Under the pieces are notes generated by a model. It was not told the DNA's origin. It made no database searches and saw only the letters and a program-made list of their open reading frames with translations. DNA of 64,000 bases, from positions 2,912,001 to 2,976,000 of the forward strand of contig CBDDPY010000002.1 in NCBI GenBank assembly GCA_965232515.1, in the 5' to 3' direction. This DNA comes from Alphaproteobacteria bacterium. Its GTDB lineage: Bacteria > Pseudomonadota > Alphaproteobacteria > GCA-2731375. Both the position numbers and the translations under genes were made by a program. The first letter of the stretch is position 1, and each line of letters starts with the position of its first letter. Of the stretch, positions 20,094-31,081 are shown piece by piece.

Positions 20094-20170
20094 GGCGACC
20101 TCCCGGTTTCTTTGGTTTTGCTAACATAGCCTAACCGGCGGCGACGGACGCGGCGAGACGGTAGAGCGAT

Positions 20171-21373
20171 ATGACGGATGGAACACAGCCGCCGCTGAGC
20201 GGCCTTCGGGTGATCGACGCCGCGACGATCTTCGCCGGCCCCTTGATCGCGACGCTTCTTGGCGATTTCGGCGCCGACGTGATCAAGGTCGAGCACCCCA
20301 AGGGCGACCCGTTGCGCCAGACCGGCTATCGCAAGGACGACGTGCCGTTGTGGTGGAAGGTGGTCGGCCGCAACAAACGCGGCATCACGCTGGACCTGAA
20401 GCAGGCTGACGGCCAGGACATCTTCAAGCGCTTGATCGCCGATGCCGACGTGCTGATCGAGAACTTCCGCCCCGGCACGCTCGAGCGCTGGGGTCTGGGC
20501 TGGGAAGTGTTGCACGCCCTCAACCCCCGCCTTGTGATGGTGCGCGTCACCGGATTCGGCCAGACCGGGCCTTACAGCCAGCGGCCGGGCTTCGGCACGC
20601 TGGCGGAAGCCTTCAGCGGCTTCGCCCACGTCACCGGCCAGCCGGACGGCCCGCCGACGCTACCGCCGTTCGGATTGGCCGACGGCGTTGCGGCCCAGTA
20701 CGGCACGTTCGCCACCATGTTCGCGCTCTACGAACGCGACGCGAAGGGCAGCGGCCAGGGCCAGTTCATCGATCTGTCGATCTACGAGCCGCTGTTCGCC
20801 CTGCTCGGCTATCAGCCGACGGTGTTCGACCAGCTCGACGTCGTGCAGCAGCGCAGCGGCAACCGCTCGGTCAGCAACGCCCCGCGCAACGCTTACCGGA
20901 CGGCGGACGGCCGTTGGGTTGCGCTGTCATCGGCGGCGCCGGCGATCCTGAAACGCCTGCTGCACCTGACCGGCGGCGAGGCGGCGGCCGAAGACCCGCG
21001 GTTCCGCACGGCCGAAAGCCGGCTGCAGCATGTCGATGCGCTCGACGCCATTGTCGGCGGCTGGATCGGCCGACATAGTCTTGAAGAGGTCTTGGCGGCG
21101 TTCGAGCAGGCGGAGGCCGCCATCGCGCCCGTCTACGACGTGGCGCAGATCTTCGACGACCCGCAGTACCAGGCCCGCGAAGACATCGTCGAGGTCTCGG
21201 ACGATGAACTGGGCGCGGTGAAGATGCAGAACGTCTTCCCCTTCCTGTCCCGCACGCCCGGCCGCATCAGCCATGCCGGCCCGCGGCTCGGCGAGCACAA
21301 CGACGAAGTCCTCGGCGAACTCGGAATTAGCGCCGACGAGCTGGCGGCCCTGCGCGCCGCCGGCGTGATCTGA
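20171..21373 (+). CDS. CaiB/BaiF family III CoA transferase
   Basis: LGDFGADVIKVEHP, RNKR, ADVLIENFRPG, GFGQTGPY and PRLGEHN. Confidence 0.9.
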   Translation: MTDGTQPPLSGLRVIDAATIFAGPLIATLLGDFGADVIKVEHPKGDPLRQTGYRKDDVPLWWKVVGRNKRGITLDLKQADGQDIFKRLIADADVLIENFRPGTLERWGLGWEVLHALNPRLVMVRVTGFGQTGPYSQRPGFGTLAEAFSGFAHVTGQPDGPPTLPPFGLADGVAAQYGTFATMFALYERDAKGSGQGQFIDLSIYEPLFALLGYQPTVFDQLDVVQQRSGNRSVSNAPRNAYRTADGRWVALSSAAPAILKRLLHLTGGEAAAEDPRFRTAESRLQHVDALDAIVGGWIGRHSLEEVLAAFEQAEAAIAPVYDVAQIFDDPQYQAREDIVEVSDDELGAVKMQNVFPFLSRTPGRISHAGPRLGEHNDEVLGELGISADELAALRAAGVI

Positions 21374-21386
21374 ACGGAGACGACCC

Positions 21387-21596
21387 TTGAGCGACGACAA
21401 AACCGAATTCGTACGGGAGCTGTTCCGCCGCTGGCACGGAAAAGACTTACCGATGGCGGACGCGGCGGGGCTGGCGGGCTTCTTCGCGCCCATCGATGCG
21501 CTGGCGGAAGACGCCGCCGCGTCGCTTGGCTTCGACGACGCGCCCGCTGGCTACGATGTCGTCGTCGCGCGCTTGGCCGCCAAGGACGCGCCATGA
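21387..21596 (+). CDS. Small protein coupled to the amidase (possible accessory subunit)
   Basis: 69 aa with a TTG start after GGAG. Its stop overlaps the amidase start (ATGA), and it fills the gap in the operon. Confidence 0.6.
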   Translation: MSDDKTEFVRELFRRWHGKDLPMADAAGLAGFFAPIDALAEDAAASLGFDDAPAGYDVVVARLAAKDAP

Positions 21597-23026
21597 GTCA
21601 CGACATCACATCGTTATCGCTGGTCGAGGTGGCGGCCGCGATCTCGGACCGCCAGCTGTCGTCGGTCGAGGTGACGCGCGCTTGCCTTGACCGCATCGAG
21701 CGTTTGCAGCCGGTGCTGAACTGCTTCATCACGCTGGAGGCCGAGGACGCGCTCTCCGCCGCGCGGACCGCCGACGAAGCGCTGGCGCGTGGCGACAAGC
21801 TCGGGCCGCTGCACGGCGTGCCGATGGCGCACAAGGACATGTTCTACCGCGCCGGCCGGCGCTGTACCGGCGGCACCAAGATCCGCCGCGACTTCGTGCC
21901 CGACATCACCGCCACCGTGCAGGCGCGCCTGGCGGCGGCCGGCGCCTTGTGCCTGGGCGGTCTCAACATGTCCGAGTTCGCGGTCGGGCCGACTGGCCAC
22001 AACATCCACTACGGCGCCTGCCGCAATCCCTGGAACCCGGCGCATGCGCCGGGCGGCTCGTCGTCGGGCTCGGGTGCTGCGGTGGCCGCGCGGCTGGTCT
22101 ACGGCGCGCTCGGCTCGGACACCGGCGGCTCGATCCGTATCCCGGCGGCGCTCTGCGGGCTGGTCGGCTTGAAGCCGAGCCAAGGCCGGATCAGCCGCCA
22201 TGGCGGCGTGTCGCTGTCGTTCTCGCTCGACTGCTTCGGCCCGTTGACCCGGACCGTGCAGGATTGTGCCCGTCTGACCCGGTTGCTCGCCGGCTACGAC
22301 CCCGCCGATCCGACCAGCAGCCGCGAGCCGGTCGACGACTACGAACAAGCCTGCGGCCAAGGTATCGGCGGGCTGAAAATCGGCGTGCCGGTCGACCATG
22401 GCGGGGTCGAGGTGGCGCCGGAAGTGACAGCGGCTGTCGCCGACAGCCTGGCGGTGCTCGAGAATCAGGGCGCCGACGTCGTCGAGGTCGCGCTGCCGGA
22501 CCAGGCGCGGATGAACGCGCTGTCGACCATCGTCACCCGTGCCGAGGGCGCGACGATCCATCGCAAATGGCTGATCGAGCGCCGCGACGACTACAGCCCG
22601 CAGGTGCGCCGGCGCATGGAGATGGGCCTGCTGCTACCGGCGACCCGCTATCTCGAAGCGTTGAGCCTGCGGGCCAGGTTTCTCGACGCCTTCGCCAGCG
22701 ACGTGTTCCGCCACTGCGACGTCGTGCTGCTGCCGACCGTGCCGATGCCGGCGCCGACGCTCGCCGACTTGGATGTCGGCGACAGCGACGCCCTGCCGGC
22801 CATGCTGCAGCGCTTGACGGGCTTCACCCGGCCGATGAATTATCTCGGCCTGCCGGCGCTCAGCGTGCCGGCGGGATTCAGTGCCGATGGCCTGCCGGTC
22901 GGCTTTCAGCTGGTCGGCCGGCCCTTCGCCGAGGCGACCTTGCTCGCCGCCGGCGCGGCCTATCAGAGGGCGACGACGTGGCATGAACGGGCGCCGGACA
23001 TGGCGGCCGTGGAGGAGACCGTATGA
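21593..23026 (+). CDS. Amidase signature family enzyme
   Basis: HKD catalytic Lys, GGSSSGS, GSDTGGSIRIPA and GLPALSVP. Confidence 0.9.
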   Translation: MSHDITSLSLVEVAAAISDRQLSSVEVTRACLDRIERLQPVLNCFITLEAEDALSAARTADEALARGDKLGPLHGVPMAHKDMFYRAGRRCTGGTKIRRDFVPDITATVQARLAAAGALCLGGLNMSEFAVGPTGHNIHYGACRNPWNPAHAPGGSSSGSGAAVAARLVYGALGSDTGGSIRIPAALCGLVGLKPSQGRISRHGGVSLSFSLDCFGPLTRTVQDCARLTRLLAGYDPADPTSSREPVDDYEQACGQGIGGLKIGVPVDHGGVEVAPEVTAAVADSLAVLENQGADVVEVALPDQARMNALSTIVTRAEGATIHRKWLIERRDDYSPQVRRRMEMGLLLPATRYLEALSLRARFLDAFASDVFRHCDVVLLPTVPMPAPTLADLDVGDSDALPAMLQRLTGFTRPMNYLGLPALSVPAGFSADGLPVGFQLVGRPFAEATLLAAGAAYQRATTWHERAPDMAAVEETV

Positions 23027-24114
23027 CCGCCAATCCGGCAACCGAATTCCAGACACTGCACGAATTCGTCAAGACGGCCCGCAACCGGCTGTCGCCCGAC
23101 ATCTGGGACTACCTGGTCGGCGGCACCGAGACCGAGACCACGTTGAAGCGCAACCGCCGGGCGCTCGACAGCGTCGCCTTCCGGCCACGGGTGCTGCGCG
23201 ACGTCTCCGAGGTTGACTGCACGACGCGATTTCTAGACGCGCCGCTCCGGCTGCCGATCGCCATCGCGCCGGTCGGCTCGCTGGAATCCTTCCACCCCGA
23301 CGGCGGCGTCACCGCGGCGAAGGCCGCCGCCGAGTTCGGCTGCGTCAGCATCCACAGCTCGGTCAGCAAGCCGGATATCGAGACCATCGCCTCCGCCGCC
23401 GACGGCTGCAGGATCTTTCAGCTCTACGTGCGTGGCGACGACGATTTCGTTGACGACCACGTCCGCCGGGCCGTTGACGCCGGCTGCCGAGCCTTCTGCA
23501 TCACCGTCGACAGCCAGATGTACAGCCGGCGCGAGCGGGATATCGCCAAGCGCTTCATCAAGCCCTGGCGTCTGAGCGCCACCGGCATCAACCACCAGGC
23601 CGCGTTCAACTGGAGCAACGTCAAGCGCTTCAAGGACCGGCACGACATTCCGCTGATCCTGAAAGGCATCGCCACGGCGGAAGACGCCGAGATGGCCTGC
23701 GCCCATGGCGTTGACGTGATTTACGTGTCGAACCATGGCGGCCGGCAGCTCGATCACGGCCGCGGCGCCCTCGACGTGCTGCCCGAGGTGGTCTCGGCGG
23801 TGGCCGGCCGCGCGGCCGTGGCCATCGACGGCGGCTTCATGCGGGGCACGGATATCGTCAAGGCCATCGCGCTCGGCGCCAATCTGGTCGGCCTCGGCCG
23901 CCTGCCCTGCATCGGCATGGCCGCCGGCGGTGTCGAGGGCGTCGTCCGCATGTTCGAAATCCTGGAGGACGAGGTGCGGATTTGCCTCGGCCTGCTGGGC
24001 GTCACCGGCTTCGACCAAATCGAGCCCTCGCACCTGACCCGGGCAGAACCCGTCGACGCGCCCCACGTCTTCAGCGCCTTCCCCCTGCTGAACCTGGACG
24101 ATCCGGGGTATTGA
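23023..24114 (+). CDS. FMN-dependent alpha-hydroxy acid oxidase/dehydrogenase
   Basis: FRPRVLRDVS, FQLY, TVD, LKGI, VSNHGGRQLD and DGGFMRGTDIVKAIALGA. Confidence 0.9.
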   Translation: MTANPATEFQTLHEFVKTARNRLSPDIWDYLVGGTETETTLKRNRRALDSVAFRPRVLRDVSEVDCTTRFLDAPLRLPIAIAPVGSLESFHPDGGVTAAKAAAEFGCVSIHSSVSKPDIETIASAADGCRIFQLYVRGDDDFVDDHVRRAVDAGCRAFCITVDSQMYSRRERDIAKRFIKPWRLSATGINHQAAFNWSNVKRFKDRHDIPLILKGIATAEDAEMACAHGVDVIYVSNHGGRQLDHGRGALDVLPEVVSAVAGRAAVAIDGGFMRGTDIVKAIALGANLVGLGRLPCIGMAAGGVEGVVRMFEILEDEVRICLGLLGVTGFDQIEPSHLTRAEPVDAPHVFSAFPLLNLDDPGY

Positions 24115-24502
24115 TCGGCGGTACCCGGCGCTGTTGCGCGATCCGAACCACCGAAACGATTGAAACAATTGGCCGGCCGCCGCGACATCCGGCGGAAACA
24201 ACGCGCGTGCAGATTGCGTAACGGTCAGCACGACATGTTTCCAAGGGGTCATGAACAATGGCGGCACAAGACAAGCACGGGATCGCCGTAGCCACCGGTC
24301 ACCGGGCGCTCTTGAGCCGCAAACGCGCGATGCCGTTCCGGCGGCAGCGACCCAAGTCAGAGATGCCGTTGTCCGGCGCCGCGGCGCAAGACGCCGTGGC
24401 GTGGGGATGACGCACGGAATGCTCGGTCCGGTTTCGACAGGTGCGGCCAGGTCCTGCCAGTCATTTGGCAACGACCTGAGCGTCGGCCGGACCGGGCACC
24501 CG

Positions 24503-25120
24503 ATGCCGATGAGCCGGGATCCGATCTGGATTCGAACCCTGACCAATCGAATGGCGGCACTCTGCCGCGGCGACGCGATCCGCCGACAGCGGGCCGCCAT
24601 CGTGCCGAGAGCCGCGGGCCGGGTGCTCGAAATCGGCATTGGCTCGGGCCGCAACCTGCCTTTCTATGACGGTCGCAAGGTCGCGTCCCTGATCGGCATC
24701 GGCGCCTCGGAGACATTGCTCGACCGGGCCGACCTGCCGTTTCCCCTGACGCTGCGCGAATGGACGCCTGACGGATTGCCGATCGCCGCGGACAGCATCG
24801 ACACCGTCGTGGTGACGGACGCCTTGCGTCGCATGGCCGACCCGGCGGCGACGTTGAGCGAAATACGGCGGGTTCTGAAGCCGACCGGACGGTTGCTGTT
24901 TTGCGAGCCCAGCAAGGCGCCCGATGCGAACGTGGCGTGCTGGCAACGGCGTCTGGGCCCTTTCCGGCGTCTTGCCGCCGGGCGCGGTCGCTTCGAGGTC
25001 GACTTTCCGCAATTGATCAATCGGACAGGTTTCGCCTTGCAGGCGATCGATGCCGCTTACCTGCCGTGGCGGCCGCGTCTGATCGGATTCGTCTACTGGG
25101 GCGCGGCGACCATCGTCTGA
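24503..25120 (+). CDS. Class I SAM-dependent methyltransferase (possibly degenerate)
   Basis: GRVLEIGIGSGRNLPFY and EIRRVLKPTGRLLFCE. The true start is likely 24503 or 24509 rather than 24251. Confidence 0.7.
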   Translation: MPMSRDPIWIRTLTNRMAALCRGDAIRRQRAAIVPRAAGRVLEIGIGSGRNLPFYDGRKVASLIGIGASETLLDRADLPFPLTLREWTPDGLPIAADSIDTVVVTDALRRMADPAATLSEIRRVLKPTGRLLFCEPSKAPDANVACWQRRLGPFRRLAAGRGRFEVDFPQLINRTGFALQAIDAAYLPWRPRLIGFVYWGAATIV

Positions 25121-25129
25121 CGGTGGGGT

Positions 25130-25205
25130 TGGCTGGGGCGGCAGGATTCGAACCTGCGAATGCCGGTACCAAAAACCGGTGCCTTAACCACTTGGCCACG
25201 CCCCA
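25130..25205 (-). tRNA. tRNA-Gln (anticodon TTG)
   Basis: The reverse complement folds as a 76-nt cloverleaf: acceptor TGGGGCG/CGCCCCA, anticodon arm CCGGT-TTTTGGT-ACCGG, T-loop TTCGAAT, encoded CCA. Confidence 0.97.
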
Positions 25206-25251
25206 TTCCGACGGCTGCGCCGAACCGCCCGGCCGTTGCGATACCGCAGAA

Positions 25252-26289
25252 TTAGCTCAGGCTCAATCGGCTTTCCGACGGCTGTCTGACCTTCAAAACC
25301 AGGATGCCGCCATAGCACGCCAAGCTAAATAGCGCCCAGTAGAGCGTAGTTCCAGGATTCATTGTCGCGGCGAAGCTCGGCAGACCGACCAGACCGAGAT
25401 AGACCGTCAAACCCCAACGCCACGGCATGTTGGCGTAGAGCAGGTGATGCAGATGGTCGCGGTCCGGCGCGAACGGCGATTTGCCGCGGGCGATGCGGGT
25501 CACCATCAGGCGGACGCAGTCGACCACCGGAATCAGGAACCACAGCGCCACCAGATCGGCGGGCACGATGACGAATTCGACGGCGTAGACATAGATCGCC
25601 AGCAGTCCGACCATCATGCTGATCGAGTAAGCCCCCGCATCGCCCAGAAACAGCCGCCCATGGATATTGAAAACGAAGACAACAGCCAGTCCGCCGATCA
25701 TCGCCGCCAGCAGCGGCCCGAGATGCGCCGGCCCGACGATCATCAGCAGCGTCGACCAGATCAGGCTCAGGCCGATCACCAGGCCGTTCTTGCCGTCCGC
25801 CATATTGACCGCGTTTTGCAGCCCGACCAGGCACATCAGCGTAAACAGCATGCCCCAGCCGCTCAGAAAGACCGCGTCGTCAAGAAAAGTGAAATTGAAG
25901 AAAGTCAGTTCGAACGTCGGCACCAGCAGCAGCACCGCAACGCAGACGCCGATTGAGATCAGCAGCCGGACCGACGGTCGTACGTGCTGGCGGTCGTCGA
26001 CAAAACCCAACACGGTGCAGACCATGCCGGCGGCGAACAGCGCCAGATAGAACGAGGTAAAATTGGTCACCACGGCGAAAATCGGCGCCGCCGCCAGCAG
26101 CGGCAGCATCACCGCCAGACCGCCGACCAACGGCGTCGCGCGCGGGTGGATCTTGCGCCGGCCATCGGGCTTGTCGACGACGTTCAGAACCCGGCCGAGA
26201 TCGTCGGCGAAGATGCACACCGTGCCGCTGATCAGCGCCGCCGCAAGGGTCGTAAACAGGCAGACGATGATGCCGGTCGTGCCGTCCAC
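25252..26289 (-). CDS. WecA/MraY-family polyprenyl-phosphate HexNAc-1-phosphate transferase
   Basis: DKPDGRRKIH..ATPLVGG, GFVDD, NAVNMADGKNGL, FLGDAGA and PDRDHLHH. Confidence 0.9.
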   Translation of the reverse strand: MDGTTGIIVCLFTTLAAALISGTVCIFADDLGRVLNVVDKPDGRRKIHPRATPLVGGLAVMLPLLAAAPIFAVVTNFTSFYLALFAAGMVCTVLGFVDDRQHVRPSVRLLISIGVCVAVLLLVPTFELTFFNFTFLDDAVFLSGWGMLFTLMCLVGLQNAVNMADGKNGLVIGLSLIWSTLLMIVGPAHLGPLLAAMIGGLAVVFVFNIHGRLFLGDAGAYSISMMVGLLAIYVYAVEFVIVPADLVALWFLIPVVDCVRLMVTRIARGKSPFAPDRDHLHHLLYANMPWRWGLTVYLGLVGLPSFAATMNPGTTLYWALFSLACYGGILVLKVRQPSESRLSLS

Positions 26290-26575
26290 CCTGTCTACCT
26301 TCCGCCGGCCTTGGTGTGATTACGCATCTATCACGATCTGACTTGCGTCATCCGCGGACCGACAGACTGAGCGGCCGTTGGCGGCAAGGTCGAACTCCCC
26401 TCTGATGTCCGGCGTTGCTGATCGTCGCTGGTTCGTGCTTTGCATCAGTTATCAAGCAAGGTAAACGCGCCGTCAACAACAGAACGGGCCTTTACGGCGG
26501 CTTTCCGGCGGCGGGCCCTCTTGAACGCGCCGCCGAATACCGCTAACACCGGCTGGCACATCGAAGGCGACGTCC

Positions 26576-27586
26576 ATGGCGAAAGCCGAATCAAGCCTGC
26601 CGCCGGCCGAAACCGGCCAGGCGACCGACGATATCGATGCCGGCAAGCGGGTTCTGCGCGCCGAAGCGGCCGGCATCGCGGCGGCGGCGGATCTTCTCGA
26701 CGCACGTTTCGCGCAAGCGGTGGAGATGCTGTCCGCCGTGGCCGGCCGGGTCGTGGTCAGCGGCATGGGCAAGAACGGTCACATCGCCGGCAAACTTGCC
26801 GCGACGCTGTCGTCGACGGGCACGCCGGCGTTTTACGTGCATCCCGCCGAGGCGAGCCATGGCGATCTCGGCATGATCAAGACCGACGACGCCGTGCTGC
26901 TGATGTCGAACTCCGGCGAAACGCCCGAGCTCGCCGATCTGATCGCCTATACACGGCGATTCGGCATTCCGCTGGTGGCGATCGTCGGACGCGCCGACAG
27001 CACGCTCGCCGAACAGTCCGATGTCGCCATTCTGCTGCCGCCCATGGAAGAGGCCTGTCCCATGGGCCTGGCGCCGACGACCACGACCACCGTCTCGCTG
27101 GCGATCGGCGATGCGCTGGCGGTGGCGTTGCTGGAACGCAAGGGCTTCACCGCCGATCAGTTCCACGTCTTTCATCCCGGCGGCAAGCTCGGCAAGTCCC
27201 TGGTGCGGGTGTCGGAAATCATGCGCGCCGCCAATGCGGTGCCGACCGTCAACATCGCGGCGTCGATGCCGGACGCGGTCAAGGCCATGACCGGCGGATC
27301 GCTCGGCTGCGTCGGCGTGGTGGACGACGCGGGCGGGCTGGTCGGCGTGGTCACCGACGGCGATCTGCGGCGGCACCTCAGCGACGACCTTCTGAACCGG
27401 TCCATCGCGGACATCATGACCCCCAATCCGCAGGTGATCGACGCCCAGGCGATGGCGGCCGAGGCGCTGGCCCGAATGAACCAGGGCAAGCGCCCGTTTA
27501 CCGTGCTGTTCGTGACCAGAGACGGCGGCCGTCAGCCGGCCGGCATCCTGCACATGCACGATCTGCTGCGGGCCGGAATCTACTAG
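26576..27586 (+). CDS. kdsD: Arabinose-5-phosphate isomerase (KdsD/KpsF/GutQ; SIS plus 2 CBS domains)
   Basis: GMGKNGHIAGK, HPAEASHGDLG, EACPMGLAPTTTT, HPGGKLG, TDGDLRR and HDLLRAG. Confidence 0.92.
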   Translation: MAKAESSLPPAETGQATDDIDAGKRVLRAEAAGIAAAADLLDARFAQAVEMLSAVAGRVVVSGMGKNGHIAGKLAATLSSTGTPAFYVHPAEASHGDLGMIKTDDAVLLMSNSGETPELADLIAYTRRFGIPLVAIVGRADSTLAEQSDVAILLPPMEEACPMGLAPTTTTTVSLAIGDALAVALLERKGFTADQFHVFHPGGKLGKSLVRVSEIMRAANAVPTVNIAASMPDAVKAMTGGSLGCVGVVDDAGGLVGVVTDGDLRRHLSDDLLNRSIADIMTPNPQVIDAQAMAAEALARMNQGKRPFTVLFVTRDGGRQPAGILHMHDLLRAGIY

Positions 27587-27629
27587 TCTGCCCGGGTGGC
27601 CTTGTGACCATTTTTGAGCCGGATCTTAA

Positions 27630-27695
27630 CGCTTTTGTCCCATTGACAAGAGCGGATGCTTGGGCCATTTCTGCGGCTTATTGCACTGCAGCAAT
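27630..27695 (+). promoter_or_regulatory. Candidate cysD promoter region with inverted repeats
   Basis: TTGACA at 27643 lies inside the inverted repeat CGCTTTTGTC/GACAAGAGCG, and a near-palindrome ATTGCACTGCAGCAAT is at 27680-27695. There is no clear -10 box. Confidence 0.3.
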
Positions 27696-27782
27696 CGCCT
27701 GCGCATCGCACCCGATCAAGACTTGACATAATCCCGCAGGCAACACGCCCGCCATCGATCAACAGCCATACTGCCGGTCATC

Positions 27783-28577
27783 ATGGATCATCTCGACGCG
27801 TTGGAAAATCAAAGCATCTACGTCATTCGTGAGGCCTTCGACCGCATCGACAAGCTGGCCATGCTGTGGTCGCTGGGCAAGGACTCGAACGTCATGATCT
27901 GGCTGGTGCGCAAGGCGTTTTTCGGCCATGTGCCGTTCCCGTGCCTGCATATCGATACCGGCAAGAAGTTCCCGGAAATGTACGAATTCCGAGCGAAGTA
28001 TTCGAAAGAGTGGAACCTTAACCTGCTGTTGGGCGACTGCCCGCCGGTCGAGGAGATGGATGCGAGCCTGCCGCCGGCGACGCGTTCGGCCGCCCGCAAG
28101 ACCGCCGGTCTGAAGGCCATGGTCGAACGCGAGGGATTCCAGGGCCTGTTCGCGGGCATCCGCCGCGACGAGGAAGGCCTGCGGGCGAAGGAGCGCTACT
28201 TCAGCCCGCGCGGCGAGACCGGTCAGTGGGACTTCCGCGACCAGCCGCCCGAGTTCTGGGACCAGTTCAACACCGACTTCCCCCAGGGCACGCATCTGCG
28301 CATCCATCCGTTGCTGCACTGGACCGAGGTGGACATCTGGCGCTACACCGAGCGTGAGAAGATCCCAACCATACCGCTCTACTTCGCCAACAACGGCAAA
28401 CGCTACCGCTCGCTCGGCGACAAGGACATTACCTTCCCGGTCGACAGCGACGCCGCCACGGTCGCCGAGATCATTGCCGAGTTGGAGACGACGAAGGTCG
28501 CCGAACGGGCCGGACGGGCCATGGATCACGAGTCGGAAGATTCTTTCGAGCGCCTGCGCGCCGACGGTTATATGTAA
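27783..28577 (+). CDS. cysD: Sulfate adenylyltransferase subunit 2
   Basis: [14 protein letters not shown]-loop [27 protein letters not shown] and YRSLGD. Confidence 0.93.
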   Translation: MDHLDALENQSIYVIREAFDRIDKLAMLWSLGKDSNVMIWLVRKAFFGHVPFPCLHIDTGKKFPEMYEFRAKYSKEWNLNLLLGDCPPVEEMDASLPPATRSAARKTAGLKAMVEREGFQGLFAGIRRDEEGLRAKERYFSPRGETGQWDFRDQPPEFWDQFNTDFPQGTHLRIHPLLHWTEVDIWRYTEREKIPTIPLYFANNGKRYRSLGDKDITFPVDSDAATVAEIIAELETTKVAERAGRAMDHESEDSFERLRADGYM

Positions 28578-28582
28578 GGGAT

Positions 28583-30478
<1,896 letters not shown>

Positions 30479-30485
30479 CGATCGC

Positions 30486-31064
30486 CTAAACCAACCCCAG
30501 CTCGATTTCGAGGGCGCCGCAGAGCATCTGGCCGAGCGTGATGTGCATTTCCTGAATGCGCGCCGTCGTGGCCGACGGCACCAGCAGCAGGGGGTTGGCG
30601 ACACCCGGCAGATCGCCGCCATCGCCGCCGCTCAAGGCCGCGGGCACAATGCCCATGTCAGCCGCCTGACGCAGGGCGCGGATCACGTTCGGGCTGCGGC
30701 CCGACGTGCTGATGCCGATGGCGACGTCTCCCTTTTTGCCGATAGCCTCGATCTGGCGCGCGAAGAGCTGTTCGAAACCGAGATCGTTGCCGATCGCCGT
30801 CAGCGCCGAACTGTCGGTAGTGAGCGCGACGGCGGCGATGGCGGCGCGGTCGCGCTTATAGCGCACGGTCAATTCGGTCGCCAGATGCTGGGCATCGGCG
30901 GCGCTGCCGCCGTTGCCGAAAATCAGCAGCTTGTTGCCGGCACGCACCGCCGTCACGCAGTGTTCGAGCAACCGACCGAAGGGCTCGGCGACGGCCGCGC
31001 GCGTCGCGCGTGTTACGGCCTCGTGCTCGTCGAATTCCGCATCGAAAAAGGCTTGAAGATCCAT
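30486..31064 (-). CDS. gmhA: Phosphoheptose (sedoheptulose-7-phosphate) isomerase
   Basis: GNGGSAADAQH, LTAIGND, ISTSGRSPNV and TARIQEMH. Confidence 0.93.
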   Translation of the reverse strand: MDLQAFFDAEFDEHEAVTRATRAAVAEPFGRLLEHCVTAVRAGNKLLIFGNGGSAADAQHLATELTVRYKRDRAAIAAVALTTDSSALTAIGNDLGFEQLFARQIEAIGKKGDVAIGISTSGRSPNVIRALRQAADMGIVPAALSGGDGGDLPGVANPLLLVPSATTARIQEMHITLGQMLCGALEIELGLV

Positions 31065-31081
31065 CGCGTCGCCCCGCCCGG

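Noticed and set aside
21593-23026. gatCA of the tRNA amidotransferase
   Set aside because: No gatB follows, the small ORF is not recognisably GatC, and the context is catabolic.
24115-24502. Small ORF or sRNA in the 390-bp gap
   Set aside because: A possible 50-codon ORF (MAAQDKHG...) has no motif or convincing support, and no clear RNA structure was seen.
25130-25205. tRNA-Gln as the integration site of the glycan island
   Set aside because: Its 3' end points away from the island, no integrase is adjacent, and I found no duplicated tRNA 3' end by eye.
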